Source: an uncultured Flavobacteriales bacterium (GTDB lineage Bacteria > Bacteroidota > Bacteroidia > Flavobacteriales_F > PHOS-HE28). Taken from it: DNA of 64,000 nt. The first letter of the stretch is position 1; each line of letters begins with the position of its first letter. The position numbers and the translations under genes are program-made. The stretch spans positions 47,855-111,854 of the forward strand of contig CAWFCK010000017.1 in NCBI GenBank assembly GCA_963814325.1, given 5' to 3'. The notes under the pieces were generated by a model, which had not been told where the DNA came from, did not search any database, and saw nothing but the letters and a program-made list of their open reading frames with translations. Shown here one piece after another: positions 60,267-64,000 of the stretch.

Positions 60267-60361
60267 GGCTGTGCCTTCGGCATACCAAGTTACGAAAGCG
60301 CGGCCTTCGGTGGATGCGTGGGCGATGGCGGATATCTTCGTCGCAAAGAACACAGGAGCTG

Positions 60362-61011
60362 ATGGAAGAGAGCAAGCACGTGCATGCCCGCACGCGAATA
60401 CACGAAGGGTGAACTGGATGAGGCGAACGCGGGCAACGGATCCGATGGCGCTCTTCGGTGCCTGGTTGGAGGAGGCCGAACGATCGGGAGTACCGGATCA
60501 CAATGCGATGTCGCTGTCCACCGCGGGCAGCGCGAGCATCAGTTGCCGCATTGTGCTGTTGCGCTGCTACGACGCACAGGGCTTCGTGTTCTATACCAAC
60601 TACAACAGTCGCAAGGCGATGGACCTGGAGCGCGATCCGCGCGCGGCGCTCACCTTCTTCTGGCCAACGTTCGAGCGGCAGGTGCGGATCGAAGGCAAGG
60701 CGGAACCGGTCACGGCGCAGGAGAGCGATGCGTACTTCGCGAGCCGCCCCCGCGAAAGTCGGATCGGCGCCTGGAGCAGCGATCAGAGCCGTACTGTGGA
60801 GGACAGGACGAAGCTCGAGGAGCGGATGGTGCGCTGGCAGGAGCGGTTCAAGGACATGGCGCAGGTGCCACGTCCGGAGCATTGGGGCGGCATTCGCGTG
60901 AAGCCCGTGCGCATCGAGTTCTGGCACGGTCGCATGGACCGCATGCATGACCGGATCGTGTTCGAGCGCTTCGCGGATGGCACATGGCAGCGCATGCGCC
61001 TGCAGCCATGA
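60362..61011 (+). CDS. pdxH: Pyridoxamine 5'-phosphate oxidase (frameshift near the 5' end)
   Basis: REYTKGEL, NAMSLST, FVFYTNYNSRK, ERQVRIEG, YFASRPRES, PRPEHWGG, EFWHGR-DRMHDR. Confidence 0.95.
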
Positions 61012-61030
61012 TCGATACCCTATAATGCAG

Positions 61031-61057
61031 AAGACCCCCGACATCGTCGGGGGTCTT
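61031..61057. terminator. Bidirectional terminator between pdxH and thx
   Basis: AAGACCCCCGAC-ATC-GTCGGGGGTCTT. Confidence 0.8.
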
Positions 61058-61075
61058 TGCTTCTGTAGCAGCTGC

Positions 61076-61262
61076 TTACTTCTTCTTCTTGGCAGCAGCC
61101 TTCTTCTTGGGGGCCGCCTTCTTGGCAGCTGCCTTTTTCTTCGGAGCTGCTTTCTTCGCAGCAGCCTTCTTGGCAGCGGCTACCGTGCGCTTGGCAGGAC
61201 GGCCTTGCCGCGGCTACCATCGTACGCTTGCCTTTCTTGGTCTTCTTGTCACCTTTTCCCAT
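61076..61262 (-). CDS. 30S ribosomal protein THX with a K/A-rich C-terminal tail (two apparent 1-bp deletions)
   Basis: MGKGDKKTKKGKRTM(G)SRGK is typical of bTHX; tail AAKKAAAKKAAPKKKAAAKKAAPKKKAAAKKKK*; TACTTTTG promoter box at 61288-61295 (-). Confidence 0.8.
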
Positions 61263-61520
61263 TGTATGGAGTGTTAAGGGTTTGAGTCAAAAGTATCCGG
61301 GGGCGTGTACGTGCACCGTTACCGCAGGGTTGCACTTCTGAACGTGCCGATGTTGACAGCGCCACGATGCGCACATCGTTCACCATGCACTCGGAATGTC
61401 ATACCGATAAACGGGTACTACATTGAAATGCCTGTTAGGCGTGGGTTACAGCGCGTCGACGGAGATGGGGAATAACGCGGTGCATAGTTCAGCGATGCAT
61501 GTAAGTGCTGCGGGAAAAGA

Positions 61521-62210
61521 TCAACCGTGATGTTCGTTCGATGCTTCACGGCGGAAACGTTCCTCAAGAAGGTCGGCGCTCTGCACGGTGCTGCGCGCCC
61601 ATGAAAGCTTCAGTGCGGTCAGCGCGTGCTCATCGAGCCGCCAGTTCACATCGCTTGCGCGCAGACGCTCCATCACGGTGAAGAGCGTGATCGCTGCGCT
61701 TACGCTGATGTTGTAGCTCTCGGTGAATCCGTACATCGGTATGCGCAGTTGGATGTCGGCCTGATGCATGATGGTGTCGCTGAGGCCGGTGAGCTCGGTG
61801 CCGAAACAGAACGCCAGGGGCGCATCGAGCGGGATGGTGTGCGGTGTTACGTTGTCGGCGCGCGGCGTGGTGGCCACGATACGGTAGCCCTGCTTCTTCA
61901 ACGCGGTGATGCATGCGGCGGTGTTGTCGCCGTCGCCGCGATACCGATGCAGATCGGTCCACTTCGATGAACCCAGGGTGACATCCGGGTTCAGGGTGTA
62001 GGCGTTCCTGTTCTCGATCACATGGATGTCCTGCACCCCGAGCAGGTCGCAGGTGCGCACCACCGCACTGGCATTGTGGCTTTGGTAGATGTCCTCCATC
62101 ACCACCGTGACATGTCGCGTGCGCTCCCGGGCGAGGCGTTCGAAGAGGTCGCGCTTGTTGGGGGAGAGGAACTCGGAGAGCCGATCGTAAAGCTGTGCGT
62201 CGCTGAGCAT
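61521..62210 (-). CDS. TrmH/SpoU family RNA methyltransferase
   Basis: VVMEDIYQSHNASAVVRTCD, FGTELTGLS, IPMYGFTESYNISVSAA. Confidence 0.92.
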   Translation of the reverse strand: MLSDAQLYDRLSEFLSPNKRDLFERLARERTRHVTVVMEDIYQSHNASAVVRTCDLLGVQDIHVIENRNAYTLNPDVTLGSSKWTDLHRYRGDGDNTAACITALKKQGYRIVATTPRADNVTPHTIPLDAPLAFCFGTELTGLSDTIMHQADIQLRIPMYGFTESYNISVSAAITLFTVMERLRASDVNWRLDEHALTALKLSWARSTVQSADLLEERFRREASNEHHG

Positions 62211-62230
62211 GGAAGGGGTTCGATGGGTGC

Positions 62231-62263
62231 AAAAGAAAAGGTCCCCCGGTGTGGAGGACCTTT
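62231..62263 (-). terminator. Intrinsic terminator after hup
   Basis: AAAGGTCC...GGACCTTT stem with an A-run on + (U tract on -). Confidence 0.6.
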
Positions 62264-62282
62264 CAGGAGTTCGGAAGGTCGA

Positions 62283-62562
62283 TTACTTCACCTTGCTGCT
62301 CAGGTCGGCACCGGCCTTGAACTTCACCACCTTCTTGGCAGCGATCTTTGATCTCTTTGCCGGTCTGTGGGTTGCGTCCTTTGCGGGCAGCACGCTTGGT
62401 GATGCTGAAGGTGCCGAAGCCCACGAGAGCTACGCGGTCGCCTTTCTTCAGAGCCTTGGTCGTGTTGTTCACGAATGCGTCCAGGGCGCGCTTTGCGTCA
62501 GCCTTGGAGATCTTCGCCTCAGCGGCGATCGATTCGATCAGTTCAGCTTTGTTCAGTCCCAT
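62283..62562 (-). CDS. hup: DNA-binding protein HU (one frameshift)
   Basis: [13 protein letters not shown]...LVGFGTFS...[14 protein letters not shown]. Confidence 0.95.
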
Positions 62563-62603
62563 TGTTAAAGTGTTTGGTTTGTTGGGTTGAGTGAAATCTC
62601 GTT

Positions 62604-62612
62604 GCGAATGTA
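62604..62612 (-). promoter_or_regulatory. -7 promoter element for hup
   Basis: TACATTCGC on the minus strand. Confidence 0.55.
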
Positions 62613-62817
62613 TCCTGAGAACCACGTCTGTCAAGGGTTTCCGACGGTAATGCGCCGGAAAATGTTGAAAAATCAGGGGTTTTGTTGATAAGTGCCGCTG
62701 TAGCCCGCTGCTGGCAAGGCTTTGCGTTCCCGGCCTCGGACCGCTTTTTAGCAAACGTTGGGCCAACGTTTAGTGAAGTGTTGCGGAGCACGAAAGTTGG
62801 TCGCCAAGCGGCGAGGG

Positions 62818-63785
62818 TCACGCAAGGTGGAACGGTCCATTGCCGCGCAGACCGCGGAAAAATGCAGCCGCGTCCATGCGTCGTTTGCCCTCCGGCTGCA
62901 CTTCCAGCAAGCGCAAATGCCCATCGCCGCATTGCAACAGCACGTGCTCACCAACGAGTGTCATGGTGCCGATCGGCTCGCTGCTTGCGGGCATCGTGCA
63001 GCGCAGTGCGCCACAGTTTGAAATGCGCGGCACGGGTGTCGCCATCATGGAAATGTACCCATGCACCGGGTGAAGGCGAAAGGCCACGTACCTGATCATG
63101 TACCCGCTGTGCGGTAAGCGAAGGATCCACATGGCAGTTCTCCGGTGTAAGCTTCGGCGCATGGTGCAGCACGCCGTCCACGGGCGCTTCCTGCGGACGT
63201 CTTTGCGCCGTGCCTTCCAGGATGGAACGGACCGTGCGCACCAGCAACTGTGCTCCCTCCATCATCAACCGGTCATGCACATCACCGGCCGTGTCATCGG
63301 GTCCAATGGTCACTTCGCACCGATCGATCATATCGCCGGTATCGATCTCGTGACGCATGAAGAAGGTGGTGGCGCCGGTGCATCCGCTCGCCGTTCATCA
63401 CCGCCCAGTTGATCGGCGCGGCTCCACGGTAGTCAGGCAGCAATGAGCCGTGAAGGTTGATGGTGCCCAGTGCTGGACGTGTCCAGACGACCTCGGGCAA
63501 CATGCGGAAGGCGACCACGACGTACAGCACGGCGCCCACTTCGTCCAACTGCCTGTGGAAGTCAGGGTCCTTCAGTTTCTCCGGTTGAAGAATGTGATGC
63601 TTCAACGCCGGGTGCGCCAGGGCATATTCCTTCACCGCGCTCATGCGCAACTGCTGCCCGCGGCCCGCAGGCCTGTCCGGAGCGGTTACCACAGCGGCCA
63701 CATCAATGCCTGCCTTCAGCAACGCATCCAGGGAGGCCACGGCGAACGGCGGCGTGCCCATGAAGACGACTCGCGCGTTGCTCAT
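62818..63785 (-). CDS. fmt: Methionyl-tRNA formyltransferase (frameshifted)
   Basis: VVFMGTPPFA, VVTAPDRPAGRG, INLHGSLLPDYRGAAPINWA, DTGD, QPEGKRRM. Confidence 0.95.
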
Positions 63786-64000
63786 ACCGGAAAGTCCATG
63801 CGTGTAAGAAAGCGATAAGGAAGCAACGCATCATCCCCAGCGTAGTCCACGCCGATGCGCGGGCCGGTGATCGATCTGCTGATCCGGGACCGCGATCGCG
63901 CGGTCCTCGATATAGAGTACATCCCCGGCGAGGTCCATGCCGTTGTGGCCGGTATGTATGCCCAAGGCCTGCGTGACCTTGCCCGGTCCGTTCGTGGTAA
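63782..64000 (-). CDS. DNA-3-methyladenine glycosylase (MPG), 3' part
   Basis: Minus strand TNGPGKVTQALGI...GPRIGVDYAGDDALLPYRF; runs off the window edge. Confidence 0.85.
   Translation of the reverse strand, partial: LPRTDRARSRRPWAYIPATTAWTSPGMYSISRTARSRSRISRSITGPRIGVDYAGDDALLPYRFLTRMDFPV

Noticed and set aside
61296-61520. Possible ncRNA or riboswitch in the thx-trmH gap
   Set aside because: Only short imperfect inverted repeats were seen and no RNA family was recognisable by eye

Overview
High-GC Bacteroidota chromosome segment. Flavobacteriales-like is an inference from gene content, Q-rule signal peptides, T9SS C-terminal domains (CTDs) and TAnnTTTG/TAnnTTCG promoter boxes. Most genes are core: prmA (3' end), plsY, clpS, tRNA-Arg(ACG), ychF, dcp, parE/parC, tsaD, tamB, ribBA, lptF/G, tRNA-Met, gmhB-like, pdxH, thx, trmH-like, hup, fmt and mpg (partial), interspersed with secreted proteins. 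Many genes, including essential ones, are broken by 1-bp indels. I read these as long-read consensus errors and joined the frames by eye, so coordinates of split genes are approximate. The most interesting region is a ~8.4 kb cassette (42032-50465) between tamB and ribBA with the layout A - B1 - A' - B2. A is a ~1550-aa T9SS protein and B1/B2 are partner T9SS beta-propeller proteins. A' is a signal-less orphan copy of A's C-terminus. B1 and B2 have diverged bodies but share a 155-bp near-identical CTD segment, a layout reminiscent of recombining or orphan cassette systems. Other items: a ~2200-aa PorE-like TPR/PD40/coiled-coil/SPOR protein, a dockerin-like C-terminal module on a metalloprotease, histone-H1-like K/A/P tails on a START protein and on ribosomal protein THX, a 54/108-bp heptamer-built tandem array, and paired DnaA-box-like motifs upstream of parE and hup. 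No CRISPR, integrase, transposase or reverse transcriptase was recognised.
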